Assembly: GCA_965205265.1 (NCBI GenBank)
Contig: CBDBGH010000003.1
Coordinates: 5,024,001 to 5,088,000 of the forward strand
DNA: 64,000 nt
Origin: Alphaproteobacteria bacterium
GTDB lineage: Bacteria > Pseudomonadota > Alphaproteobacteria > Bin95
Direction of reading: 5' to 3'
Part shown: piece after piece, positions 50,124 to 59,909 of the stretch
Layout of the letters: the number at the start of each line of letters is the position of its first letter
Numbering within the stretch: position 1 is the first letter of the stretch
Made by a program: the position numbers and the translations under genes
Notes under the pieces: generated by a model
The model's database searches: none
Seen by the model: only the letters and a program-made list of their open reading frames with translations
Told to the model about the DNA's origin: nothing

Positions 50124-51893
50124 CTATCCGGCCAGAGCGGCATCCGAAAGGACAAGCTGGACAGACTCCTGGCCGCGCCAGTCGTCGGCGCGGAGCGTGC
50201 CCGCGACGTGCAGGGGCCCGCCACCGGTATTGAGCAGCGCCTGGCCGAGCGGCGTTTCGGCGGAACGGAAAGCGATGGCCGCGAGCCGCCCGGGGCCGGC
50301 GTCGGCGAAATCGGCCCGGATGTGATTCTTGCCGACGATGCGGGCGTAGCGCACGCGCAGGTCCGGGAAGGCGAACACCGGTTCCGGATTGCCTCGTCCG
50401 AAGGGCTGAGCCGCCTCGATGTCGCGGAGGAGGGCGCGCGACGCTCCCGCAACCGACAGGCCCGCGTCGATATCGAGAGGAGGCGTATGGCCGCCCGCAG
50501 GGACCAGCGGTCCGAGGCGCTCTGCAAGGAAGGCCTCGAACGCCGCCCGTTTCCCGGCTTCCAATGTGAATCCCGCCGCCATGTCGTGGCCGCCGCCCGC
50601 CTCGAGCAGGCCGGCATTGCGGGCCTCGAGAATTGCGGGACCGATCGGCACGCCGGGGATCGACCGGGCGGAGCCGCGCACCTGTCCGCTGTCGACGGCG
50701 CCGACGAAGGCCGGACGCCGGTACCGGTCCACCAGGCGGCTCGCGACGATGCCGACAACCCCCGGATGCCAGCCTTCGCCGAACGCGAAGACAAGGGGGG
50801 CGTCATCTGCCGGCGAACAGGCAAGGGCGCTGCCGAGCACGTCGGCCTCCACCTGCCGGCGCGCGCTGTTGAGGCGGCTCAGAATGTCGGCGATGCTGAT
50901 TGCCTCCTCCGTGTTCTCGGTGGCAAGCAGTCGTGCCCCCAGGCCGGAGTCGCCTATACGTCCGCCGGCATTGATGCGCGGACCGAGAAGAAAGCCCAGA
51001 TGATAGGCGGTAGGCCGCCCCTCGACGCCGGCGGCGGCGAGCAGGGCGGTGATGCCGGGATTGCCTCGCCGGTCCATCACGTCCAGGCCACGGGCCACGA
51101 GGACGCGGTTGAGTCCGTTCAGCTCCATCACGTCGGCGACCGTGCCGAGCGCCACAAGATCCAGCCAGACGCGCGGGTCCGGTTCCGGGCGGCGGGCATC
51201 GAAGTGGCCGCGCCTGCGGAGCACCCGGTTGGCGGCGACGACGAGCAGAAAGGCAACCCCGACCGCCGCGAGACCGCCGAGGGCGCCGGTCTCGTCCTCG
51301 CGGTTGGGGTTTACGAGCGCCAGAGTGCGGGGCAGGCGGGCCTTGGGCAGGTGATGATCGACCACGATGCAGTCGAGCCCCAGACCGGCGGCATGCTCCA
51401 GCGGTTCCAGAGCCGTTGTGCCGCAATCGACGAGAACCACCAGCCGGTGACCTTCAGCGGCAAGGCGGTCGAGAGCCGTCTCGTTCGGACCGTAGCCTTC
51501 GGTCATCCGGTCCGGAACATAGAGCCGGACATTGCCGCCGACGGCCCGCAGGAAGCGCGCCAGCAGGGCGCCCGAAGTGGCGCCGTCCACATCGTAGTCG
51601 GCGAATACGGCGATGGTCTCGCCGCCCTGCGCGGCGTCGGCGATGCGTTCCGCGGCGGTGTCCATCTCCTTCAGGGAGGAGGGGTCGGGCAGCGACGTCT
51701 TGAGCCGGGGCTTGAGGAAGCCCGCCACGGTGTCCGGAGTCACGCCGCGGTTGGCGAGCACGCGCGCCGTTATCTGCGGGAGTCCCTCGGCGCGGGCGAT
51801 CGCGGCGGCGGCGCGTGCGTCCCCCGGGCGCTCGCGCCAGACGCGGCCCGAGAGCGAGCGCGAGACGCCGAGAAAAGGGGAGGAGGCGTTCAT
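50124..51893 (-). CDS. recJ: ssDNA-specific exonuclease RecJ
   Basis: DYDVDG, VDCG, DHH, LGTVAD, PRINAGGR, GSARS, GGGHDMAAG. Confidence 0.97.
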   Translation of the reverse strand: MNASSPFLGVSRSLSGRVWRERPGDARAAAAIARAEGLPQITARVLANRGVTPDTVAGFLKPRLKTSLPDPSSLKEMDTAAERIADAAQGGETIAVFADYDVDGATSGALLARFLRAVGGNVRLYVPDRMTEGYGPNETALDRLAAEGHRLVVLVDCGTTALEPLEHAAGLGLDCIVVDHHLPKARLPRTLALVNPNREDETGALGGLAAVGVAFLLVVAANRVLRRRGHFDARRPEPDPRVWLDLVALGTVADVMELNGLNRVLVARGLDVMDRRGNPGITALLAAAGVEGRPTAYHLGFLLGPRINAGGRIGDSGLGARLLATENTEEAISIADILSRLNSARRQVEADVLGSALACSPADDAPLVFAFGEGWHPGVVGIVASRLVDRYRRPAFVGAVDSGQVRGSARSIPGVPIGPAILEARNAGLLEAGGGHDMAAGFTLEAGKRAAFEAFLAERLGPLVPAGGHTPPLDIDAGLSVAGASRALLRDIEAAQPFGRGNPEPVFAFPDLRVRYARIVGKNHIRADFADAGPGRLAAIAFRSAETPLGQALLNTGGGPLHVAGTLRADDWRGQESVQLVLSDAALAG

Positions 51894-52189
51894 CCCCGGG
51901 CCTTGAAGGCGTTGTCGAACCACTCGCCGAGGGAGCGGTCGCAGAAACCGGAGAACCGGGCGATTTCGAAGACGGCGCCGGTCGGGGGATCTTCCCGGTC
52001 GCCGTCCCGCCTTTTCCGGATGCCTGCGGCGGCAAGGATATCGTCCGGCACCGTGCCGTGACGGGCCGGAACCAGGAAAGCGGCGGGAGCGAAGGCCCAG
52101 GTGCCCCGATAGGCGGCGGACAGGCGCTCCTTCACCGCGTCGGCGGCCTGCGCCGACTTCTCCTCGAGGATGACGACGAACGGGATCAC
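51890..52189 (-). CDS. Hypothetical protein
   Basis: 99 aa, coupled by 4-bp overlaps to both neighbours. Confidence 0.65.
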   Translation of the reverse strand: MIPFVVILEEKSAQAADAVKERLSAAYRGTWAFAPAAFLVPARHGTVPDDILAAAGIRKRRDGDREDPPTGAVFEIARFSGFCDRSLGEWFDNAFKARG

Positions 52190-52992
52190 CGGGTGCCGCC
52201 CCCCGCGGTTTCGCCAGGCTCCGGAGGATGGTTCATTGCGTAGCTTGCCTGGACGGTAACGGTAAGAAGGACTCCCTCACCGGAATGGATGGCGATATCG
52301 GGGGCGACGGCAGCGCTCGGGGGCATACCGGATTCCGCACGGACCATCGCCTTTCCCATGGACATTCTGGCGGTGGGGGCGAGGGCGATGCTCATCGCAT
52401 CGCCCAGAACCATACCGGCGGCCTCTGCAAGGGCGTCGGCCCGCCTTGCGGCGTCCGCAAGGGCCCGGGTCTCGAGTTCCTTTTCCTTGCTGAAACGCTT
52501 CTCCGCATCCACCGTGAAGGTCAGGCTGCGGAATCCCGCCGCGCCTGCCGCGAGAACCTGGCGCAGGAAGCGGGGCGCGGCCTCGGCGTCGTCCGGATTG
52601 ATGGGCCGCGCCACCTCCATGGAGAGACGGGCGACATGGACAGGCATCCGCATCCGGTCGCCGGAGGTCGACCTGAGGTTTTCCTGCCTGACATGGAGAT
52701 GGAGGCCGTGCGTCCTGACTTCGCTGGCCAGGTCGACCCCGGAGCGCCCGAGAGCCTTCTTTACCTCCCCGAGCCGTTCGGCGAGCTGGTTGTAGGCACC
52801 CAGGGGGTTCTCCGTGCTGCGGCCCTCGACGTCGATGTCTATGCTGATGCGGTCGGGCGGGAGATAGGCGCTGGCCGCGCCGTAGGTTTCGATGGTGTGA
52901 TGTACCGGGGCGGTCGCGCCCGCGTCACCGCCGCCGGACAGGATGAAGGCCATGGCGCCGACGGCGAGCAACCAGTTTCGGAGAGCGGTCAT
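52186..52992 (-). CDS. SIMPL (DUF541) domain protein
   Basis: Signal peptide; G.A....PD...I; RALADAARRADALAEAAG..LG. Confidence 0.85.
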   Translation of the reverse strand: MTALRNWLLAVGAMAFILSGGGDAGATAPVHHTIETYGAASAYLPPDRISIDIDVEGRSTENPLGAYNQLAERLGEVKKALGRSGVDLASEVRTHGLHLHVRQENLRSTSGDRMRMPVHVARLSMEVARPINPDDAEAAPRFLRQVLAAGAAGFRSLTFTVDAEKRFSKEKELETRALADAARRADALAEAAGMVLGDAMSIALAPTARMSMGKAMVRAESGMPPSAAVAPDIAIHSGEGVLLTVTVQASYAMNHPPEPGETAGGGTR

Positions 52993-53173
52993 CGGCGAGA
53001 GTCCCTTGCGTGTGGAATCGTGAGGGTCAGGCGGATTTCACGCCAAGGGTATGCAAACTGGATTGTCAATGCAATCGGATTATGTATTTTCGCTCGTCCT
53101 GTGCGTCGGGCCGGGTGACCGGCCGATCACTCGACCATTGCGGAATCTTCACATGAGGGGCCGTGGCGGACCC

Positions 53174-54439
53174 ATGAAGGAAGTCCGGGAGATCGAGGTT
53201 TGTGTCGGGCGGCAGGCCGTCCCGGCAGGAACACTCCATTTCGCGAATGACGGCAAACGCCAGCAGAGCGTGTTCCGGTATCGCATGTCGTGGCTGGAAC
53301 GCGCCGACAGCTTCGCCCTCGCCCCGGACCTTCCGCTGACGGACAGCCCTCATGCCCGGTCCGGGCGTGGAGCGGAGGTCCGGACGGCGCTGCCCGGCGC
53401 CCTTGCGGATGCGGCCCCCGACAGCTGGGGCCGGAGGCTCCGCCGCAAGGCTCTCGGGCGCTGGGCCAGCGAACTCGACCATCTCCTCCTGGCCAGCGAC
53501 GAAACCCGTCAGGGAGCCTTGCGGTTCCGGGATGAGCGGGGCGGCCTCTGTTCACGGCAACAGCGGGACATTCCGGAACCGGACGACCTCGCGCGCGTGC
53601 GGTGGCTGGTGGATCTGTGGGAGAACGACCCGGACGGCGTCGATGAGGCCTCGGTCCGGGAACTGGCCGACTGGATCGGGTCGCTTGGAGGCGCCAGGCC
53701 GAAGGCCGGTATCAGGGATTCCGGCGGGCTGTATCTCGCCAAATTCACCTCGGTATGCGACACGCGCCCGGTTGCCCGCCTTGAGGTGGCGACGCTGCAG
53801 CTCGCCGGGGCCGCCGGAATCGGGGTCCCCCCGGCCCGGCTTGCGATGGGCCGGACGGCGCGGCCGGTCGCGGTCATAACGCGCTTCGACCGCCGGGCGG
53901 AGGACCGGATCCCCTATCTCTCGGCTCGCTCCCTTCTGGGAATGGGACACGAGGGGGGCGGATGGCACACGGATATCCTCGACGCGATGCTGCGTCACGC
54001 TCCCGATCCGGCGCGGGAGATGGAGGAGCTTCACCGTCGCCTGATGTTCTCCATCCTGGTGTCCAATACGGACAACCACCTCCAGAATATCGGGTTCCTG
54101 TACGCTGGCCAGGGTCGGTGGCGTCTGGCGCCGGCCTTCGACATCAATCCGCAGCCGGACCGGGAGCGGCAACTGAAGACGGGAATTGCGGAGGAGTATG
54201 GCAGGGACGCCTCGATCGAGGCGGCGGTCGAGGCGGCTCCCTACTTCGATCTGGACGAGGACCGGGCTCTCGCCAGTCTGCGCGCCATGGTGTCCGTCAT
54301 CCGCGACCAGTGGGAAGCCCGTCTGCGGGGAACCGGCCTGACGGGTCGGGAGATTGCGGCCTGCAGGGCGGCGTTCGAACATGACGAGACCGTCAAGGCC
54401 GGGCGGATGACGGCTGCGCGGGTTGCGGCATCCCGGTAG
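53174..54439 (+). CDS. hipA: HipA-family kinase toxin
   Basis: APDSWGR, GSLGGARPKA, RFDR, NTDNHLQN, RLAPAFDINP. Confidence 0.92.
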   Translation: MKEVREIEVCVGRQAVPAGTLHFANDGKRQQSVFRYRMSWLERADSFALAPDLPLTDSPHARSGRGAEVRTALPGALADAAPDSWGRRLRRKALGRWASELDHLLLASDETRQGALRFRDERGGLCSRQQRDIPEPDDLARVRWLVDLWENDPDGVDEASVRELADWIGSLGGARPKAGIRDSGGLYLAKFTSVCDTRPVARLEVATLQLAGAAGIGVPPARLAMGRTARPVAVITRFDRRAEDRIPYLSARSLLGMGHEGGGWHTDILDAMLRHAPDPAREMEELHRRLMFSILVSNTDNHLQNIGFLYAGQGRWRLAPAFDINPQPDRERQLKTGIAEEYGRDASIEAAVEAAPYFDLDEDRALASLRAMVSVIRDQWEARLRGTGLTGREIAACRAAFEHDETVKAGRMTAARVAASR

Positions 54440-54496
54440 CCCGGGGGCCGGTATCGGCCCGGCAGCCGAAATCCGGCATGGAAACGGTTTCGGCGT

Positions 54497-55222
54497 CTAT
54501 CCGGACTTCGTTCCCTGGGAACTCCAGTTCTCCGCCGGGATGCGCCGGTACAGCGTGGACCGGCTGATCCCGAGCTGTTTGCATACCTCGGCAACGGGCA
54601 CGCCCTCCCGAAGCAGTTTCAATGCCGCCCTGTCTTCCTTTGCCGTGACGGGCGAGCGCCGTTTGCGCGCCGATTCAGCGCCTGTCCCCGTGGCATCGTC
54701 GTGCTGTGCGGGATCCGGCGGCGGCGCGGCAGCGTCCGGCTCTTCGCCGACCATGGCCGCGACCAGCCGCCCGGCCATCGCCGTGTCCATGCGCGCCGTA
54801 TCGATGTCCTCGGCGAGAGAGCGCAGATGGCACCCGCTTCTGGCGAGGCTGTCGAGAACCGAGGCAAGGTCGGATGCCGACGACACGAGGTGATCGAGGC
54901 CCGGCACGACCAGGGCGGCCCCGGGCGGCAGGGAGGCAACAAACGGGGCCAGCTCGGGCCGGCTTCCGTCCGGCTGCACGGTTTCCGCCACGGTGCGGCT
55001 GCAGCTCTCCTGAAGGGCGGCAAGAGCGGCGCGGTGCCGATTCCGCGCTTCGGTCCCGGCACCCGCGGGGCCGGAGGAGTAGCCGAAGAGTTCAACGGCA
55101 ACTGCCGGGCCGGATGTCGAAGCGCCGCCGTCTGCGGCCGCGGGCTTCGCGATGGAAGCGACGCCCCGGCGCAGGGATTGCAGAATCCGGCCTGCCATGG
55201 TCTGGGTGCGAGCTGCGGGCAT
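54497..55222 (-). CDS. Degenerate serine-recombinase/resolvase-like protein with C-terminal HTH
   Basis: RPEL...L.PG..LVV..LD.L, LRSLAEDIDT, LGISRSTLYR; the YARVS and DRLxR motifs are altered. Confidence 0.7.
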   Translation of the reverse strand: MPAARTQTMAGRILQSLRRGVASIAKPAAADGGASTSGPAVAVELFGYSSGPAGAGTEARNRHRAALAALQESCSRTVAETVQPDGSRPELAPFVASLPPGAALVVPGLDHLVSSASDLASVLDSLARSGCHLRSLAEDIDTARMDTAMAGRLVAAMVGEEPDAAAPPPDPAQHDDATGTGAESARKRRSPVTAKEDRAALKLLREGVPVAEVCKQLGISRSTLYRRIPAENWSSQGTKSG

Positions 55223-55351
55223 CTCCTTTCCCCTTCTCTACTGTTATCCTGCTGCGGTTGATTATAGGCTGAAATACCCGGAGCCGTGGCTTGGGATTTT
55301 CTGGCGCCCCGGATAGGGTCCGGATCCGGACGTGCAGCGGAGGAAGGGCAG

Positions 55352-55726
55352 ATGGACCGCGAATATCCCGATGACAGGGACATCCTGTTTCACCTGAAGC
55401 GCCGTCTTCGGGAAAAGCTGGACGGAGACAGGGACCATCTTCTCAGGATCGCCGGGGTCGAGTGCTCCGTCGATGCGCTCGGTGCCCATGTCGGCGCCGT
55501 GGTCCCGGACGACTATCGCCGGCTGGGCCTGATCCTGGCGGAAACGCCGGATCTGGGGTTTCCTGACGAGGTCTATCTGGGTGACGACAGCGTTTTCGCC
55601 ATCATCCGGAGGAGCATCGGGACAGAGCTGATGAAAGAGGCCGAGGCCTGGTTGGAGGCGGCACAGGAAGAAGCGGAGGCGGGACGGGAACGGGACGGGC
55701 TTCCCGAGCCGGCGCCGACGGCGTAG
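55352..55726 (+). CDS. Hypothetical protein (paralog pair)
   Basis: RDILFHL.R.LR...VP.D.RRLGLILAETP.LGFPDE, shared with the next gene. Confidence 0.75.
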   Translation: MDREYPDDRDILFHLKRRLREKLDGDRDHLLRIAGVECSVDALGAHVGAVVPDDYRRLGLILAETPDLGFPDEVYLGDDSVFAIIRRSIGTELMKEAEAWLEAAQEEAEAGRERDGLPEPAPTA

Positions 55727-55776
55727 CGGGCGCCGTCGTCCGCCTGCATGGGACATGAAACCATAGGATTCCAGGA

Positions 55777-56136
55777 ATGCCGGCTAGAGAACCCGAGAGG
55801 GATATCCTGTTTCATCTTGAGCGCGAATTGCGCGCCGACATGGAGAATTACAGGGGCGAATTGGTCGCCTCCGGTTCGTCCGACGAAGAAGAGGCCGAAC
55901 TGCACGCTCTCGTCGAGGCCCTGGTTCCCGAGGACCACCGGCGCCTGGGCCTGATCCTGGCGGAAACGCCGACGCTGGGATTCCCGGACGAGGGCGTGAT
56001 CGAGGACGACAATGTCTTCCCGGTAATCCAGAAGTCCATCTACCGCCACCTCATGTCGAAGGCCGATGTCATTCTCCAGCAACTCCGGGAAGAGTCCCGC
56101 CATGACCTGCCGGAACCGGCTCCGGGGGGTTGCTGA
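55777..56136 (+). CDS. Hypothetical protein (paralog pair)
   Basis: Tandem paralog of 55352..55726. Confidence 0.75.
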   Translation: MPAREPERDILFHLERELRADMENYRGELVASGSSDEEEAELHALVEALVPEDHRRLGLILAETPTLGFPDEGVIEDDNVFPVIQKSIYRHLMSKADVILQQLREESRHDLPEPAPGGC

Positions 56137-56373
56137 AGGGATCCACAAGGAAAGGGTGGGGTCGATGAAGGAAACGCAGGGCCGGGACGGATCGAACGGC
56201 CGGCGCCGGGAGCCGGCGAGCGCGGGCGGGGCGTTTCGCGATGCCGGCCTGGAGAGATTCCTTTCGGAATCAAACGCGGCAGACGCCGGCCTGTTGCTGG
56301 TCGAAGAGCGCCGATCCGTGTCCTGATCCACTGTCAGGCGCCGTCCGGCATTCGTGTGCCGGGTTGAAGGAAG

Positions 56374-56493
56374 ATGCTGGAGGCCGGCATCGCCTTCGAC
56401 ATGAAGTCGGGCAGCGTCGCCTCGATCCTGGAGGCGCTGGGCCCGCGACGCCCGGCCCGTATTCGAGGACATCAGGAAGGAATCCCAGGATGA
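56374..56493 (+). pseudogene. Possible HipB-like HTH remnant
   Basis: MLEAGIAFDMKSGSVASILEALG; ATGA overlap with hipA. Confidence 0.35.
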
Positions 56494-57893
56494 CGCTCCG
56501 GGTCTGGGTCAATGATCGCCCTGTAGGCCGCCTCGACAGACATGGCAGGGGGACGACCTTCGTCTATGACAGGGATGTCGATCCGGCAGACGCCGTGAGC
56601 CTGACGATGCCCGTCAGGATCGCCTCCTATGACAGCGCCTGGGGCCTCCTTCCGGTTTTCGACACGAACCTGCCGGAAGGGATCCTGCGGCACAGGATCG
56701 AGACGTCCCTCGCGAAGGCCCATGGGCGCGTGGAACCGATCGACATCCTCCGCCTGACCGGGCGGAACCAGATCGGGCGCATCAGGGTCCTGCCGAAAGA
56801 TGAAGCCCCGGTGCGCCAGACTTCCGTCGGCAGCATCGACGAACTTCTCGAACGAAAGGCCACCCAGGCCCTGGTGGACCGGATGATGGACCGTTACGCA
56901 GCGCATTCCGGCGTGTCCGGGGCGATGCCGAAGGTCCTCGTCGAGACCGGTCCGGGCGCCGGGGCAGGGGACCGGGACGGCCGGGAGCCGCGGCATACGA
57001 TCCAGGCCCGGGCCTACATCCTCAAGTTCGACACGGAGGAACTCCCGGGCCTGTCCCTGAACGAGTTCTTCTGTCTTGAGGCGGCCCGGGAGGCCGGAAA
57101 CGACACGGCCCGGGCCCGGCTCAATGCCGACGGGCGCATGCTGGCCGTGCGCCGTTTCGACGGTGCCGACCCCGGATCGGGAACCGGGGCAGACTGGCGC
57201 CTCGGCTTCGAGGACCTCGCATCGCTCAACGCCAGGACGGCGCGGGACAAGTATTCCGGCAGCATGGAACGCGACCTCTTCAGGCGCGTCGGGGAGTTTT
57301 CCGGAGACCGCAGGAGGGAGAACCTGGAGGCCCTCTTCAGGCTCTGCGTTACCAATATCGCCATCCGGAACGGGGACGCGCACCTCAAGAACTTCGCCCT
57401 GCTGTTCGAGGATGCCGACAGGGGCCCGTTCACACTGGCCCCAGCCTATGACCTTGTGACCACCACGGCCTGGATCAAGGCGGACATGATGGCTCTGACC
57501 TTGGGGGGCTCGAAACGCTGGCCAAAGCCCTCCGCCGTCCGGCAGATGGGCGCCAGGGCCGGTCTGTCCCCGAAGGCAACCCGGGACATCGTCGCGGAGG
57601 TCGGGGCCGGCCTGCGCGCCGTCATGCCGGCCATGCTCGAGGCGTTCGAGGCGCATGGGGAGGGCGCGACCGGACGCAGGGTCGCGGCCTCCTGGAACGA
57701 AGGGCTCACAACGTCCCTCGGCGAGGAGCCGGGAATCGCGGCCACGAAACAGACCCGGGGCGGGCTTTCGCGGGGACAGGCAGGGGAACCGCCCGCTGAC
57801 GCGGTTGCCGCCTATCCTCCCGCAGTGGCAGGGAGCCGGTTCCTCCCGGAGCCGTCCCCGCCGGGTGACCCGACGGACCCGTTCAGTACATGA
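56490..57893 (+). CDS. hipA: HipA-family kinase toxin
   Basis: VSLTMP, NLPEG, SGVSGAMPKV, NGDAHLKNF, LAPAYD. Confidence 0.92.
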   Translation: MTLRVWVNDRPVGRLDRHGRGTTFVYDRDVDPADAVSLTMPVRIASYDSAWGLLPVFDTNLPEGILRHRIETSLAKAHGRVEPIDILRLTGRNQIGRIRVLPKDEAPVRQTSVGSIDELLERKATQALVDRMMDRYAAHSGVSGAMPKVLVETGPGAGAGDRDGREPRHTIQARAYILKFDTEELPGLSLNEFFCLEAAREAGNDTARARLNADGRMLAVRRFDGADPGSGTGADWRLGFEDLASLNARTARDKYSGSMERDLFRRVGEFSGDRRRENLEALFRLCVTNIAIRNGDAHLKNFALLFEDADRGPFTLAPAYDLVTTTAWIKADMMALTLGGSKRWPKPSAVRQMGARAGLSPKATRDIVAEVGAGLRAVMPAMLEAFEAHGEGATGRRVAASWNEGLTTSLGEEPGIAATKQTRGGLSRGQAGEPPADAVAAYPPAVAGSRFLPEPSPPGDPTDPFST

Positions 57894-58042
57894 TGTTTCC
57901 CGCAGACTTTGTGGCGGCCGTCCGTCGTTGAAAGAGCGGGGCCCCGGCGCGGGAATCCCCATAAATCGTCCCGGCAAGACAGTGGCGCCGGCAAATTTGA
58001 CTCTATGGTGCATCGATGGAGTCGATAGCCCGGAGGCACGGG

Positions 58043-59893
58043 ATGTCCACGCATGATTTCGGATCCGGTCCCGTAGCAGCCCATCGTCACCCGAATGGCG
58101 GCGGCTGGGTGGCCGAGACGGCATGGGTGGCCGACACGGTCTGGGTCGCGCCGGAGGCCACCGTGGCGGAATTCGCCCGGATATGGGACGAGGTAAGGTT
58201 GCTCGGGCGCGCCCGTGTATCCGGGCAGGCATGCCTGATGCAGCATGTCGTCGTATCGGGCGACGCTGCGGTGCGCGGCTCGGCGCGGGCGTTCGGGCAT
58301 GCCAGGATTGGCGGGCATGCCATCGTCGAAGGCCGGGCCACCCTGCTGGGCGGGGTAGTATTGGGAGGACACGCGCTCCTTTTCGGCTTTGCGGTAGCCT
58401 CGGGGCGTGCCGTTATGCAGGAGTGGTCACGGGTCGGCGGGGGCGCGGTCCTGGGCGGTCATGTGCATGTCCGCGGAGAGGCTCTGCTCGCCGGAATGTG
58501 TCAGGCCAGGGAGCACGCCGTGCTGGCAGGCCAGGTAAGGGCCATAGGCTCTTGCTATATCGGCGGCCACGCCGTGCTGGACGGAGTCGTGCGCATGGAT
58601 GGCAGTCCGGTTATCTGCGGCCATGTCGTGGTTTTCGGGTCGGGAGACGGCGTGCGGATCACCGGCCGGAGTCGACTTCAAGGGGCCCCCCGTATCAGCG
58701 GCAGCCCGCGGTTCATGGATGGGTGTTTCGTTTCGGGACATCCGGTGATCCGCGACAGGGTGGTCCTGCGCGACAAGGCGCGTGTCACCGGCGCGGCGCG
58801 GCTTGGCGACGATGTGCAGGTCACGGGCAACGGGGCCGTGGACGGGTCCGCGGAACTGCGCGGCGACCTGGTCGTGGATGGCGCCACGCGGCTCGGTGAC
58901 GACCTTGATGACCTCTTGCCCCCGCTGGACGCCGACGAGGGTCCGGGTCCCGCTGCAGCCGCAATGGAGCGGCAGGAAGTCACCGCGGGGTCGGCCGATG
59001 ACGAGAGGCGGCGGGCGGAATTCGACGAGATGCTGGAGGCGGCGGATTTCGGCTTGCCGGAAGAGGATGGACAGGACGGGGACCGGGGCGCGGCGCCACC
59101 GCGCGACGATGCGGAGCATGATGAGGAATGGGAGAGGTACAGACAGCGGCGGCTATGCCGGGTGTCGTCTCTCGAGACCGGGGGGCTGCGCGGGGATGCC
59201 GTGGATGGCGGACTGATTCTGAGCGCCGTTCCGCCGGCCCTGCGCCGGCCGAAGGAGCCGGAGCGGGCCGCGCCGGCCCGCCTGGAAGGGCCGGTCCCTT
59301 CCGAAGAGGCGCCGACGCAAGCGCCGTGGTGGCTTTCCGGCGCGGCGCCGACAATCGACGATATCCTCGAGCCTCTGGAGGCCTTGGCAAAAGAATTCGA
59401 GGATATCTCCGAACGCCCGGACGCCGCGGGACATGAGGAACCGGCTCCGGTGGAATTGATCTGCGTCAGCAGGGTTTCCCGGGAACACGGCCGGACCGGG
59501 TGGGCTACCCTGGCGGTCGGCCCCACGGAGGACGGCGGGGTAAGGGGCGGCTGGAATTCGGGGGACGCGCGGCGCCGCGCCGAGCTGATGTCGGTTATTG
59601 CGGGACTCGAGGCGCTGGAGGGCGCGGCGGATATCCGTGTGCGTTGTCCCAGTCACTATCTGCTGGACGGGGTCACCAATTGGGCGCGCGAGGCCCGCAC
59701 GAGGAACTGGCGCGGGAAACGCGGAACCAGGATTGCGCATGATGACCTGTGGCGCAGGCTCTTCGCCCTTACGGACGGGCGAAGCATAAAGTGGCTGTCC
59801 CGTCCGGACAGCGACAGCGCGGGGTGGACGGCCGTCCTGGCGGAAGCCGAACGGCAGGTCGCCGAAGCGCCCCGGGAAGATCGCACCTGGTGA
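58043..59893 (+). CDS. Beta-helix (hexapeptide-like) repeat protein fused to an inactive RNase H-like domain
   Basis: HRHPNGGGWVA followed by many (V/I)xG(H/D/R)A hexads; C-terminal RAELMSVIAGLEAL..SHYLLDGVTNW...NWR...HDDLW. Confidence 0.8.
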   Translation: MSTHDFGSGPVAAHRHPNGGGWVAETAWVADTVWVAPEATVAEFARIWDEVRLLGRARVSGQACLMQHVVVSGDAAVRGSARAFGHARIGGHAIVEGRATLLGGVVLGGHALLFGFAVASGRAVMQEWSRVGGGAVLGGHVHVRGEALLAGMCQAREHAVLAGQVRAIGSCYIGGHAVLDGVVRMDGSPVICGHVVVFGSGDGVRITGRSRLQGAPRISGSPRFMDGCFVSGHPVIRDRVVLRDKARVTGAARLGDDVQVTGNGAVDGSAELRGDLVVDGATRLGDDLDDLLPPLDADEGPGPAAAAMERQEVTAGSADDERRRAEFDEMLEAADFGLPEEDGQDGDRGAAPPRDDAEHDEEWERYRQRRLCRVSSLETGGLRGDAVDGGLILSAVPPALRRPKEPERAAPARLEGPVPSEEAPTQAPWWLSGAAPTIDDILEPLEALAKEFEDISERPDAAGHEEPAPVELICVSRVSREHGRTGWATLAVGPTEDGGVRGGWNSGDARRRAELMSVIAGLEALEGAADIRVRCPSHYLLDGVTNWAREARTRNWRGKRGTRIAHDDLWRRLFALTDGRSIKWLSRPDSDSAGWTAVLAEAERQVAEAPREDRTW

Positions 59894-59909
59894 CCGGACC
59901 CCGGCGCTG

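Noticed and set aside
50208-52061. Long antisense ORFs (also 4904..6391, 12844..14592, 27305..28870, 33188..35146, 36954..38489, 60829..62913)
   Set aside because: Shadow frames of real genes, typical of high-GC DNA
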